Assembly (NCBI GenBank): GCA_965112155.1
Contig: OZ218098.1
DNA: 64,000 nucleotides
Reading direction: 5' to 3' (one strand)
DNA from: Podarcis liolepis
Taxonomy: Eukaryota
Below are positions 50,101 through 63,453 of this stretch, piece by piece (the first letter of the stretch is position 1; every line of letters starts with the position of its first letter). The position numbers and the translations under genes are program-made. The notes below the pieces were generated by a model, which saw only the letters and a list, made by a program, of their open reading frames with translations, was not told the origin of the DNA and ran no database searches.

Positions 50101-51297
50101 TGGAAAACAGGCCCACTGTCCAAGTTGGGCACTGCGCCATCAACCTCCATTTGCCCTCTGCCAGCTCTCTTCAACCTGCCGTCTTACTTGCAACCAATCT
50201 AGAGTTGGTTATCTCTAGACTGGTTATCCATTTCCTTCTCCTTTATCATAGTATTGCACCTTGTAGGAAGGAGGGGACAAAACCACAGCAAGTTGATTCT
50301 ATTCATTGTTGGCTCGGCCTCCACCTACCATTGGCCTCCTGCCCTACCAGCCCTAAGGCACACTAATCACCACTGCCTACTGTGCTGTGACTTAGCCATA
50401 CTAGGTAGCCTAGTTCACAGGAAGCCTCAAAAGTTCTTACATATGGTCAGAAATTTCTGGGTAGCTGCAGCAGCTATTGGTGGTGGTATGGTCAGACAGA
50501 AAGGGACATTCTGGCCATGTCTCCATGCATTCTTTTGCTCACATCATCCAGCACTTCTTTTTGTGTCTCTGGAAAGGAACTAGATTATCAAAGCATTCTG
50601 GGAACTCACTTCTTCTGGTACTGACAGAAGAAACTTCACACTATTAGAAGTTGTGCAGGAGGACCAGCAGTGGTACCAAGTGAATGCTGAGAAGGTGCTT
50701 TTCAACTGAGTGTGGTACTTGCCAGGAAATAGTTGCTACTGCCAGATGGAAGCTCTAGATAAATAGTCCCCGTGTGAACCAGGAACACATTGCTTTTGGG
50801 TGGTGATCAGATGGCGGTCATGAAGCTGTCAAGTTCTGTAGCCTAAACTCTGAAGCCAAGATCTGTTCTGGGGAAAATTAGGCAGCTGCTTGTGGGCTTT
50901 CTGTGGGCACATGGCTTGGGTGCCCACTTACACTTTGCCAAAAAGGAGGAAATGCATTGCACACACACCCTGCCAAGAGGACAAAAAAGGGCATGTAATA
51001 TGCACATCCTAGTTGATGTGTGTAGGTCATTTAGAAACTATTCCTTTAGTTTAAATAACAATACAATGCATCTTTCTGTAGTGGGAAAAACTGATCAGTT
51101 GACTCGTGTGCCAGCTCAGTTGGCTGTCCAGTGTTTTTGATGACCAACTTCAAGGCTCTTAATCTCCCTTTTTATAATGTTCTTTATACTTAAAATGCAC
51201 TTGGATTCAACAATCCCCCAAACAGAGGACACCTTCAAACTGAAGATTCTCTAATTAGAGGACTGCCATTTGTATTGCAGGATACATGACCACCATT

Positions 51298-51880
51298 CAT
51301 AGAATAACAGAATAGTAGAATTGGAAGGGATACCGAGGGTCATCTAGTCTAATCCCCTACAATGCAGGAATTTCAAGTAAAGTATTCATGGCAGATGACC
51401 ATCCAACCCCTGCTTCCAAACCTCCAAGAAATGAGAGTTCACCACCTTCCTAGAGAGTCCTCTCCATCCCCCAACCATTCCTCATAAGGCTTGGTCTCCA
51501 GACTCTTGATCATATTGGTTGCCCTCCTCTGCACACATTCCAGCTTGTCAATGTCCTTCTTAAATTGTACTGCACAGAATTTGACACATTGTTCTAGGTG
51601 TGGTCTGACCAAGGAAGAACAGAACAAGTACTATGACTTCCCTTGATCTGGACTCTATACTTCTGTTGATGCAGCCTAAAATAGCATTATTTTGTTGCTG
51701 CTGCATCACACTATTTTCTCATGTTAAGCTTGTGGCCTACTAAGACCCCTAGATCCTTTTCACCTGTACTACTGGCAAGCCAGGTGTCCTCCATCTTATA
51801 TTTGTGCAGCTGGTTCTTCCTGACAAAGTGTAGAACCTTACATTTGTTCCTGTTGAAATTCAATTTGTTTGATTCCATAT
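51298..51880 (-). mobile_element. CR1 LINE 3' fragment with decayed ORF2
   Basis: Peptides NKLNFNRNKCKVLHF...EKDLGVLV and [12 protein letters not shown]...[13 protein letters not shown]. Tail catagaat. Confidence 0.92.
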
Positions 51881-52364
51881 AATTGGCTACTGTGGGAATA
51901 GAATGCTGGTCTATACTTGGGTCTGATCTAACTAGGTTCTTACATTTTTTAAAAAATGAAATAATAGAGTTTAGAGGCACTCTGGACATCTGGTCTGTTC
52001 CAGACCCCTATTTAAAGAGGACCAGACATTTCCTCCCTGTGAAAGAAGGAAGTCATTATAGAATAATAACCAAACATTGTTAAATTCAAGCAGACCTTTG
52101 TAGAGTAGTCAAAAATGACCATAAGCAGAATAAAAATAGAGAAGGTCCATCCAATTCAGCATTTTGCCTATTGATTGTGCTCAAGAAGAAAAAAGCTGTT
52201 TCACCACGAAGAATTGATGGTGATATATCTACATTCTGTAAATTCCGGAAATAGGAGGTATACTCACTTTGAGGTAGATGACCTTGCATTTTTGAGAAAT
52301 GGCATATACTATGCCATAGATTGGTTGTTGTTGTTTTTAACTCTCCTGTCTCTTTATAGTATTT

Positions 52365-52520
52365 CCCCCCAATGCTAAGCATCCCCAATTGTTCAAGTCC
52401 TTTTATGTGGACAGAAATCTCCTCCTAGATCATTCTAGCTGCATTCCCTGCTCACTGCGTGAGAGACAAAATGAGCTGAATTGCATACAGTACTCTAAAT
52501 GTGCATGCATTGCACACTTA
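52365..52520 (-). mobile_element. old CR1 fragment
   Basis: gaattgcatacagtactctaaatgtg is the reverse of a HLEYCxQF-like motif. Confidence 0.5.
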
Positions 52521-53913
52521 GGTGATGCTAGGATTTGAAAATCATCTTGTAGTTTTGTACCCTATAGTAAATGAAAGTGTCCAGGGATCACATAAACTGG
52601 ATACCTGCTTTGATTTCCTAAAGACTCTTTCCTTCTTTCCCCTGCCTCCTGGTCACGGTAATTTGTATAACATATTTTATATTCTGACACCTTTCTATTT
52701 GGATTCCTCCTTAAAATGCTTTGCACTAAAGCATCTATGCCAGTCAGATTTGAAGGATTAATGCTACATCCGCTCTGATGCAAATCTTGAGCCATTCAAC
52801 TCAAATCTGCAATGCTGTAGTGGCTTTTCATTGGGACATTTAATTACAGACTCTTGAGCCAAGTGTTGCACTTGATTTAGATAAGGAAATGGGTAAACTG
52901 AAGCTGCAGACAATTAAATATGCTTGCCCCAACACAGGGACAAAAGTCCCTAATGAGCCAAGGAGAAATGATGGTTTCTTGCATATTGCATAGTTGAACT
53001 GAGAGTCGGCATAAGACAGCGTGTGCTGCTCCAAAATATGGCCAATCAATGACATGCTTGTGTAGGATAAACTCTTTTGATGTCACAAGTTTGGCAGCAC
53101 TTGAACTTAACCCTGCAGGAAACAATGTCCCCAGGAAGCGTGTCGAGTATGATCTGCTTCCAGGATTTCAAAGGAGCTCGCTTGCATTGCTTCTGAACAA
53201 TATGACAGGATGAATAATAACTGAGATGGGATAGCTCCCTCCACTCATTTTAGTATCTCAATTTGCCCAAGTCTCCAATTATTCAAAAGTGCCGACGCTT
53301 GGCACAAAGATATGGAAACAGAGCTATAAAGCAGAATTTGTCGCTGCTGCCTCAATGAGGGTGAGAGGTGGCAGCCTTGGTGAAAGAATTTCACAGTGGC
53401 TTGTCAGCAGAGGCTGTTCTCTAGCAATTTTATTTGAGAATTAAAGTGAAACTTCCTTTGAAATAAGCTTGGGGAAAAATAAAACCTGTCCACATTCCTG
53501 GAAAGGCTTAGAAACATGGACCTAAAAATAGAAAGCACCGAGAGATGCTGAAATGGGTATATATTTCCTCTTCAGTGATCCTCTCAACACATTTTTGTGT
53601 GCCTTGGCTGGACTAGGTCTATTCTCTCACAATAATTTCAGGATGCATAGCTATACCCTTATAGAGCAATCTGACATGTGTTGTATTTCTGATATGGTCA
53701 TTGATGCAAACTCATTTCATATTATGACATTTTACTCAGGGCATGGTATCAGACCAGTCAGGATATTAGATCAACCACTACTAATGAAAACCTCCAGCTA
53801 AGATGAACTATATACTGTAAATATACTTTAAAAGACAAGGAACTCACCCCCCCAAAAAAGACCTCAATCCAACCTTAAATTGAGTCATTTAAGGTTTTAT
53901 AGGTCAAAACTAG

Positions 53914-54025
53914 CACTTTGACTTGGATCTGGAAACTAATTGGCAGGCAGTGCAGTTGGGCCAGGATTGGTGTAATATGCTCAGACCGTCTTGCCCCAGT
54001 GAGCAACTTAATTGCATTAGTTTCT
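53914..54025 (-). mobile_element. L2 fragment
   Basis: ggaaactaattggcaggcagtgcagttgggccaggattggtgtaatatgctc is the reverse of a HITPILAQLHxLP-like motif. Confidence 0.7.
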
Positions 54026-54789
54026 CCCAGGTGCTGCAGGCTACACCTAGATTTCTGTGATCAAGAAGCAATTGCTGATCTCTGTTTTTGATAACCATAA
54101 AGGCTAGCAGTTGTGGACCCAAATGCAGTGGTCCTGAGGCCACCGGGGGGAAGGGGGTTGGAAGTATAAAGGCAGTAAAGAAAGGAAGACAAGACCTCGT
54201 ATCATGGGCCAGGAGTCAGCTTCACCTGCTGAGCAGCAGCCTGAAGGGGGATTGACTCCACCTGCAGCTGATCAGCCTTCAAGGACATGGAGGAGAAGGC
54301 ACTGATGAGAATCAGCTGGCTTCAGCTTTCTTAAGCAGAGTTTCCAGCCATAATCAGATGCCGGTAGCAATGCTTGTAGTTCCTGGTCCCACCTTGCTGC
54401 TTCCTGTTTGTCTTGACACCTGGCCTCATGATTATCATATTCCCTGACTTTTGGGTTTGTTTGGCTTGGAAGAGCTGCTGCTGTGAGTAAGACCATTTCC
54501 TACTTCTCAGTGACCAGGTATGAGTCCGCCTCAGATAAATCATAGTGAGCCATGAAAAGATTTGGGGTGTGAGGCAGAAAGTAAGTTGGGCAGTGGGAAT
54601 AACGTTTTGCTTGGGAAGAGAAGACATGGATTGGAGGTGCACAGAAGGCAGAAACACCACCCTCTCACAACTTTTTGTTGTGGGCCTCACTTCCTGTACA
54701 ACTGATGCTGTGGGTCAGGATGGAGATAGAATCTCCTCCAGTAGAAGATGAAAGTCTGTGGTATCAGGCCAACAATAGTCCTTCATCCC

Positions 54790-55108
54790 GTTCTCACACC
54801 TGGCCAACCAGATGCCTGTGAGCAACTGGTAAATGGGACCCAAGCACAAGAGCATCCCCTCCTGTTGCTTCCAGAAGCATTGCTACCTCCATGTCCATCA
54901 CAACAAGGAGCCATTGACAGCTTTTCCCTCCAGGAATTTGTCCAACCTTTTCTTAAAGCCACCCAAGTTGGTGGACATCACTGCCTCTTGTCTATCCTGA
55001 ATCTTCTAACGTTGGGCTCCGTTGGATGTCCGCACATTCTGGCATTATGAGAGGGGGAGACAAACTTTTCTCTATCTACTTTCTCCAGGCCATACATAAT
55101 TTTATACA
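54790..55108 (-). mobile_element. CR1 LINE 3' end
   Basis: Peptide YKIMYGLEKVDREKFVSPSHNARMCGHP...RFRIDKRQ (CR1 ORF2 C-terminus) plus 3'UTR. Confidence 0.88.
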
Positions 55109-56019
55109 AAAAGATGACATCCTTGTGGTACATACTTTCACTAACAACATGTAGCAACACCTCACTTACCCGATGTTGTGACATGATTGCCTTTTGTTTT
55201 TCTCTCTTCCTGCCAAAGGCAAGACAAGTGTGAAAGAATTCAGATGGTATGAATAACATAAGCAGCACTGCATGTTACAAATAGCATGACTTGGTGGGAC
55301 AATCTTGGGAGTTAGCACTAGGCCTTTTGAAACATTTAGTTTCCTCCCTGTGTGTTTGGTGAAGTCTTCTAACTTGCAATTTTTTTAAAAAAGCATTTCT
55401 GCCGCTTTCCTATTTCTACACATTATATGTTTTATCTTTGTAACAATATGTTCTACATCGATAGCAGCTTCAGGCCTCCTTTGTGTCCTAGAACAGGACC
55501 AATTTCACACAGCTCACTATCATGCTTTCAAAAGCATGTTTTTGAGAGAATAAAGTGGGGTGGTAAAGTAGCCCTCTTACAAGAAGTCTAGAAATACAGT
55601 ATGTATAAATAAATATTGCACCAAACAGTCATAAATAAACTTCGTCTTTAATGCATAATTGATGCTGAGTAATAGCTGCTAACACATCTGAATAATAATG
55701 CTACATTTTAAAGCTATTTTCACCCCCTTTTTTTCCTGCCTGCCTCAGCCACACAGTCAGACAGTTAAAATATGGTCAAATCTTCCGAGTCTGGCACAGT
55801 AATTTTTAGTTAGAATTCCCAGTGGGCTCTTTAAAAAACTAATTAGTAACAACCATTAGTGTTGGCTTATTCCTCAGCATTAGACAGTAAATAAGCAGCA
55901 TGGATTGCAAAGTAAACACCCCTCAGCACACTCAGAATACTAACCAGGTTGGTTCTTTGCTTTTATATTTCTGGTTGCCTACTAGAAAGAACAGTGTAAT
56001 ATGCTGCTCCGCAGAGACA

Positions 56020-56345
56020 TGCTTCTTAAAGATCTGCACTGGCTGCCTATATGTTTCTGGGCCAAATTCAAGGTTTACAGATGATTTCTAGAGCCCAGAG
56101 TGACTTGGGACCTAAATTCCAGAGGTTGCACTTCTCCCTGTTTGTTGCTGCCTAGGAGTGAAGATTGTCCAGGAGAGTAGTCCTTAGGAACCACCAGGAA
56201 TGGTATGTCTGTCTAGGGGTGACACAAATGTGGCCTTTTTCTGTTCTGAAATCTTTGGGACTTCTTCCTTCTTAAAATCCAGCTGGCTCACTGATAGCTT
56301 TCAGATGCCTGGTTAAAACCTGGCTGTTTACTCAGGCCCTTTGAG
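56020..56345 (+). mobile_element. L2 LINE 3' fragment
   Basis: gatctgcactggctgcct (LHWLP), aaattcaagg, ggccttttt...ttaaaacctggctgttt. Confidence 0.7.
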
Positions 56346-59110
56346 CAATAGTGCTGCTGTTACTGGAGATTGTTTTCACTGTTGTTTCTATTGTACTTTT
56401 TATTGTGTTGCTTTGTTTTAGTAGTTTTAGTTTTATTGACTTGGATTAGACAAATACATGGAAAGCAAGGCTATCAGCGCCTACTAGCCCTCAGAGCTAT
56501 ATTCTTCCTCTACTTTCTAAGGCAGTTGCTTTTGAGTATCAATTGCTGGGAACTGCAAGTGGGATGAAGACTCGGGTAGCAATGCACAAAGACGTTGCCT
56601 TGCATATTCCTCCAAAAAACATGTTAGTTGTCTCACTGTCCACTGCAGCAAACTGTGGTTTGTTAAGGGTGCTGAGAGTTATTAGGAGACTCCTATTCCT
56701 CTCACAGAGCTATAATTTCCAGAGTAGCTTAATAGTCAATCCCTCTTCCCAGGAAACTCTTGAGAATTGTAGCTCTGTGAGGTGAATAGGAGTTATTAAA
56801 GACAACTCCTGTCTCAACTGCCTCCCTCCCACCTATATAAATAGTAACTGTTGACATTTTTTTTTGTTGCAGCCATTTTACAACCTGTACAACCAGATCT
56901 ACCATGAGATTAAATATTCTGTGTAGCATGCTTAAGATTTTTAAAACAGTAAACTGTTAAGAGTTGGATTGTGGCTGCGCTAGCGTGAAAAGCTATGTGT
57001 AAGAGCTGTTGCAGAGTGAAGGAAAACAATTTACAGTATTGTATAAAAGCCTTCCAGTTATTTAATGTTAATATTTATACCTCACAATATTCTAGGCATT
57101 GTATCAAGTAAAATAAAAAGCATCATCCCTGTCTAGCATTCTCAGGAAGGTCAAGAAAGACAAATGCTCACTCTCAAACTTATTTGTCTGAATTAAAGGT
57201 TACTAGTGACAACACACCTGAAGGAAGAATAGAGTGAGTAAGGTTTAGAGGTGTTTCGCTTGTATTGCTTAAGAATTAGACTAGATTCTTTTTTGTATGT
57301 GGAAGTACTTGGGAAATCTTGCTCTTTCCCCCCTATATTTCTCTGATTTACAATGAACTAAACCCATGCCACTGTAGACAGGCTACTTCTTCTCCATTCT
57401 ATTGAATGCACTCTATTGAATCTTTCAGAGACACCTTGCATAACTAGTACATGGCTATTTTTAGTATCCCTAATTAAAAGGGGGGAGCAACAAACAGCTC
57501 ACTTTTCATGCTAATGCATCATACACATTTGAAAACAACATCATCATGTCTTACTACCAAAAGTGTGTAATGGTAATCAGCTACTCTGTTATCCTTCATG
57601 TTCACCTTACTTGATATGTGGACAAAGTTTCTTTCTAGACAGTACAGTCTGAAATTTCAAATTATTTCACTGATATTAATTTATCTTCTCCACTACCTCC
57701 CACAATATCTGTAATGTGCTTGTAAACCATGCCTGGCTGGAATCCTCGCCCTTTTCGCCAAGTGAGCCCTTGCCAGCTTGGCTTGCACCACGAAAAAGGC
57801 TCAGCACTGGGTGACTCCCATGGAATGGGACTGGCATGGTCCAGTGCCAGCAGATCCCATTCCACCAGTAGGGGGTGAGTGGAATAACCCTATTGGCATA
57901 GAAACCCATACCCTGCCTACTGCAGTCTTTTGGTGTAATTTCATCTCAGCACCTGATGCCCTGGCTGTTCACTTTCTGCTCTTCTGGGATTCAGAATCTG
58001 CCTGCCAGGGCAAAATTGTCCAAAATCACACACACAAATAAGACTCATTCACAAACCGCATGTGATGGGGTATAGCTAGCCCTCCAGAATATCAAATTAA
58101 GGGCATGTTTGAAGGGCAAGCCTGACATGTGTTGTGAAACTGGAGATAGTTCTGTGAACTCTTAACTGTAATTGTAAAGTGACTCCATCTGTATGGTGCA
58201 AACAACAAAATAGCCTATTTCCACAGCTTATAGCAATTTGCCTTAGGGGCTGGTTATATTTCATGCTGTCTCAACTTAAATTGGGGTTCACATCAGGGGT
58301 TTTATCTATACATGAAAGGGGAGAAGCAAAAGCCATGAAAGGTTTTGAAACTAAGGATTTGGAGTTAGTAGTAGATTCAAGAGCACGTGGGAAATCACCT
58401 TAGTAATTTTTGAGGGCTATGCCAACAAGCAAAAAGAGAGGAGCTCTTTCAACTAGTTAAAAGTATCAGTTGATTTCATTCTTTGAACCCTCTAGCACTG
58501 ATCAGTGGATTCATTCAGCCACGGACTTAACATTCCAGAGTTTTAGTAAAAAGTAATCTAAGAACCAGGGCCTAATCCAGGATTCCAATATCCAGAGAAG
58601 TTGCAGATAAGCTTCTAGATGCAAGGTGCTCTTCAACTAAAAGTGGCTTGTCTCTTATGGCTCTTGGAGCTGCTATAGCCATAAATAAATAACTCAGACA
58701 GCCCCAGCCTCTTGTATGGTTCACTTCTCACTCATAGGCATATGATAGATTCTTTGGATCACAGCCCAGGTCTTGATCATCACAAAAAATGGGCAATGTT
58801 TCAACTCTTCTAAACATCCAGTTCTGAGCTGAAGTTGCAATCTGGCTAACTTTTTAAACAGCTTTCCTCTTTAGGATTAATAGAACACTCCACAATTTAG
58901 CATTAATCTCCTTAATTTGGGTGGCATTCCATAAACATAACATGTATCAGAAGAATGCCAAATTGACAGGTCAATGCATTAGTGCCTTATCATTAATGTT
59001 CCAATCGTTTAATTCTTTCTTCTGCACATACTTTGTGACATACACAACTCTTAGGAGCCTGTGCAAAGGGTATTTGACGACCTGCAAATACTTTCAGGAT
59101 TCCAGGAAAG

Positions 59111-59230
59111 AGTGAAGCTCATTGGTAGAGTACATGCTTTGCATCCAAAAGGTTCCAGGTTCAATAACTTGCATTCCAGTCTGAAACCATAGATAACCAT
59201 GGCCAGTCAGAATAGCCAATGTAGTGTACT
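59111..59230 (+). mobile_element. Squam2-like tRNA SINE fragment
   Basis: gctcattggtagagtacatgctttgcatccaaaaggttccaggttcaat head. Confidence 0.65.
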
Positions 59231-60535
59231 CTGGATGTGCCCTCCACATAGTCTTCTCTTTACATCCTTGAACACTGGGAAGCAGACTGGGGCTGATGGA
59301 GTCAAACAGCATCTGGAGGGTTTTTGGTTGTCTACCTTTGAACAAGATGGACCAATGAACAGACTTGGTAATTGTTTAGAAATTCCTGGATACGAGCATT
59401 TAAGGGAAGGAATCCACCTTTATATTTAGGCATCTGCTGGTAAACTTCCTTCTTATTAAGAAGTAGTTGGCTCAGTGCATTGAATAGGGATTCTGGGTGT
59501 ATTTTACTTTTTGCGTGTTTGAAGCAGGGTTGTAATTTTTTCTTGGTTTTACAGTTTTATATTTTGTAAATTGCTTTGAGGTTGTGTTATGTTATGGGTG
59601 TTTGTTTTTTTACAATCAAGCAGTGAATGAATTTAATGAATACATAATAACAAAAGCAACCAAACCTGAGTGCTAGTTGGCAAACTGCCACTAAATTTTG
59701 AATCCATCTCAGAATTGGCCTCTGGTGAAAGAGCTACTGTTGGGGAGCAGGGGAACAAAAAACCAAACTTAATTTATGGTTGGGTATTAAGGCTACGTTC
59801 CCATTGGCACTTACTCTGGAGTAAGTCCCATTGAACTTAGCTAGCTTTGCTTCCAGGTAAACATGGATTCGCATCCCTGGTTTGCTGGAGGTTATCAAGC
59901 ACATGGCATTACGAAGAAATAATGATTTCAGCTGGAATAATATCCATTCTTACCTGAGTGAACTCGATGAAACTTACTTCTGAGTTTCCATAGGATCTGT
60001 CACTTATCTCTTCTTCAACAGAATTAAGTCCTTAAGCAATGGCACTTCTCATCATAGCTTGCATGCAACACAGTCAAAGGGGGGGGGGGTTTAGCTTGAC
60101 TCCCATGGTGACTATCCAAATGCACCAACATGGGGAGTGGGATTGTTCAAACAGTCTTCACATTATTACTGAGCAGCCTAAATGGTGAGTGGAAGTGAGC
60201 ATACCTTGGGCGTTGGCAGGAGCATCTGCTAGACAATGGGGGTTGGGGAGTCTTTTGGCATGCTTCCATGCTTTGTTTAAGCAAGCAGGCTATGGAGGGG
60301 AATGAACAGCTCACAACCTGATCTGTGCCTCTGAGCCCAGGTTGTGCCACACAGGTGAAGGGATTGGAGATTTTTTTCATCCTTCATTATCCCCCCCCCC
60401 GCCCCCTGCTTTGCAAGTTCCTGATTTTAATAATGTTTTGGCTCTTAATTCCAAATATGTTTTGTGTCCTCATTTCTGTTGCAATCTAAATTTTCTGTAT
60501 TAGTTAATCTAAAATTTCTGTATTAGTTATGTAAA

Positions 60536-60539
<4 letters not shown>

Positions 60540-60595
<56 letters not shown>

Positions 60596-60604
60596 TGTGT
60601 GTGT
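60540..60604. repeat. (CT)n(GT)n microsatellite
   Basis: Direct reading. Confidence 0.95.
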
Positions 60605-61053
60605 ACACACATAAAATCTTACCAACTCCAATACTGGTCTTAAAAACAAGCAAACAGCTATATGTGATTTGGAGCGTCTTTGTAAATGAAGTAGATGCAT
60701 GTTTCAACTATACAAAGTGGCTCAGTGTTATTAGCTGGTTCTACACTAAGAATTGCACCTTGTCTGAGCCTGTAATATAGGGTGATATATAGTAAGTAGT
60801 ACCTTTCAGTTTGGGAAAGTGGGAGCCATTCCAAAATGTGTTTTATTGTCAAATAAATATTCTGGATGGAGCATTTATATGTATAAAGGTATATAGTTTA
60901 AATTGAACATAAGAACTGTTGAGCATTTAATGAAATATTTGAAGGTCTCATTTCCTCACAATGGTTATGCAGAGTATGCCTTCAAAGTCTTCTGTTTTGT
61001 GAAGTGGGCTTTTATAACTAGAGGATTTGGCATCTTGAAATTCCTGTCCCTCC

Positions 61054-61057
<4 letters not shown>

Positions 61058-61097
<40 letters not shown>
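61058..61097. repeat. (CT)n microsatellite
   Basis: Direct reading. Confidence 0.95.
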
Positions 61098-61099
<2 letters not shown>

Positions 61100-61365
61100 A
61101 AAGGCATGCTGATTCAAACAGTGTTGATTACCTTACTGTCCTTATTGATTAGATGCCTGCACAAAGTGAGTAAGGGAATCTTTTTAACAGAATAAAGTGG
61201 TATTTTGTTGAACTGTTATCATCATATTAACATTAAATATGTATTTACTAACAGTCTTGGCTTTTCTGTATGCTATCCATGCACATCCTCCAAAGATGCC
61301 AGGCATGCACTATGTGTTACAGAACAAATGCAGGAATACCCAACTAATTGTAATATTGCAATTAA

Positions 61366-61600
61366 CCAGGCATAGGGCCTTCTTGGTAGTGGCGCCCACC
61401 CTGTGGAATGCCCTCCCATCACATGTTAAGGAAATAAACAACTATCTGATTTTTAGAAGACATCTGATGGCAGCCCTGTTTAGAGAAGTTTTTAATGTCT
61501 GATGTTTTGTCGCATGCTGCTGCTGCTGCTGCTGGGAGCCGCCCAGAGTGGCTGGGGAAACACAGCCAAATGGGCAGGGTATAAATAATACATTACTATT
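61366..61600 (+). mobile_element. L2 LINE 3' end
   Basis: Peptide RAFLVVAPTLWNALP...FRRHLMAALF. 3'UTR gccgcccagagtggctgggg...ggtataaataat. Internal (CTG)n. Confidence 0.88.
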
Positions 61601-61805
61601 AGTCATTATTCTAATATGGCTTGAAGGCGGCATATGCATGGGAGAAAGTGTTTAAACCATGAATGGGGAACCTCCGTATCTAGCCACACAACTTTCCCTG
61701 TCCATAGATTCTCCGCAGCAATTGTACCCTACCTAGTTTTTCCTATCTCCTTCCATTTCTCTGACACAAGAAAGAAGTCCACTGTGAGGAAAAGAATATA
61801 GGGAG

Positions 61806-62116
61806 TGTCATGAAGTAGTGATCCTGTGAGCAAGTACCACTGGGTGGGGTCCCTCAGGCCAGGTGGTAACAATTAGTCCTCCGAGTGGGAGCATGTGATG
61901 GCATTGGCTGGTTGCAAGCTTTCCCCAGTCACTATAAATCTTCAAGTTCACCTGCCTGGGGAGAGGGAGGACACACCATGTTTTAGACTTGCTGCTGATG
62001 TTCTGTAGTTGATGCCAGAGAAGAAGCCAATAAAGCCTGGTAACCCATTCGGTGCCTGCGTGTGATTGATGAGTAGCTTGGAGGGAGGACTCAGGAAAGC
62101 GACCCCCTCCTTGACA
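61806..62116 (+). mobile_element. solo LTR (Gypsy-like)
   Basis: Termini tgtca...tgaca, TATA tataaa then AATAAA, 5-bp TSD gggag/ggggg. Confidence 0.7.
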
Positions 62117-62859
62117 GGGGGTACATGCAGGAGCACCTACTGATTCTCTGCTTTGCCCTCCATATGCATCAGGAAATATTTTTGGAGCATGTGTTTGCTA
62201 AAGAAACATGTGCTTCCACCTAGAATGTCTAATGAAATTATGATTAATGCTATTTTCCACACACACAAATGTTTTTCATTAATTGATGGGCTGTCATCAA
62301 ACTGTGCTAAGTGTTGTATTATTATTTACCCTTCACTCCACGCCCCCAGGGTGGGTTTTAACAATTAAAACACAATATAAAAAACTGCTTAAACAACTTA
62401 AAATCTTAGATATAAGTAGCTCTTTGTGTGTGTTGAACTACTTAGGCTTGGAGCAACAGGGCTTCCCCTCATCTCCTCTTCTGCCCCCATGCACCCCTTA
62501 AATCTGTTCTGGGTTCCCCTCCACACCCGCAGAGCAGATGTGGGGACTGTATGGGGCAGATTCAGGGACAAGGGAAGGGAAGTCAAACTGCACAAACTGC
62601 ACTATTTAGTTGAATACCGCCCATGCTATTTAATATTGTATACCACCCTTTATACAACTATATTACAGGGTGGTTCATGATAACAAATTACAATGAAATC
62701 AGGGGCATAATTAAACACTACTAAAGAACTCCCACATAATTAAAACAAACACACTGTCCAAATTCACGTTAACATCAAAACCAATTTAAGCAGCAAAATA
62801 AATGACTCAGCTACAGTCTTTAAAATGTAGCTTCCTGTTTTAGTGATTTTTTTATTTTT

Positions 62860-63240
62860 TTAAAAAAACTTAAAATTCCTGAAGATAATAAAAATGTCTC
62901 AAACCTCCTAGTATCTGAAAGACAACAGAGAAATCAGATGAGCTTCCTTATGGAAGGAATTCCATACATAGGAGACTGTCAATGACAGCCTTTTGCTGCT
63001 ACTTTATTTTTGATAGTGGTATTCTGATAAGGGACTTCATGGAATATTTTAACTCCTGTGTAGGTTGGTATGAGAGAAATTGGTCCTTAAGGGATGTGAT
63101 TCTTCCAAAACACATTGAATTCCACTTTCCGTATTGAGGAATTATCCATCTAATATTGCTTCTGTCTTGATTGAGATTCAGTTTTCCAACCCTCCTCCTC
63201 TTGATCATTGCCAAACTCAGGAAACATTTCAATTATTCCA
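62860..63240 (-). mobile_element. highly degraded L2 fragment
   Basis: Minus-strand KLNLNQDRS resembles KLKLNPDKT. Also ggaattccata-type 3' motif. Confidence 0.45.
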
Positions 63241-63265
63241 CCACCTCACCTTCATCAGATGACAC

Positions 63266-63453
63266 CATAGGAGCCAACTCCTAGGGGCTAAGTTCCCTTT
63301 GCCACCCCCTAAAATATTTGAGGGGACTGGGCCCCCACAAAGTTGATGGGCATTGCAGTTCAAATGGTGTGCATGTGCCGTGTCTTGTGATTGATTATGT
63401 GGGGTGAGGCTTACCTGGGCTCCCCCAATATTTTATTCAGGTTGACACCCCAA
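63266..63453. mobile_element. hAT-type MITE (reverse copy of 41334 family)
   Basis: cataggagccaactcctagggg...gttgacacccc is the reverse-complement match to 41334-41499. Confidence 0.75.

Noticed and set aside
53113-53213. Possible exon encoding NNVPRKRVEYDLLPGFQRSSLALLLNNMTG
   Set aside because: Weak acceptor, in-frame stop, no donor and no recognisable homology.
54110-54670. Possible additional solo LTR
   Set aside because: LTR-like composition, but termini and TSD could not be defined.
60484-60529. Short tandem duplication (also 40428-40468)
   Set aside because: Ordinary ~20-bp slippage duplications with no further structure.
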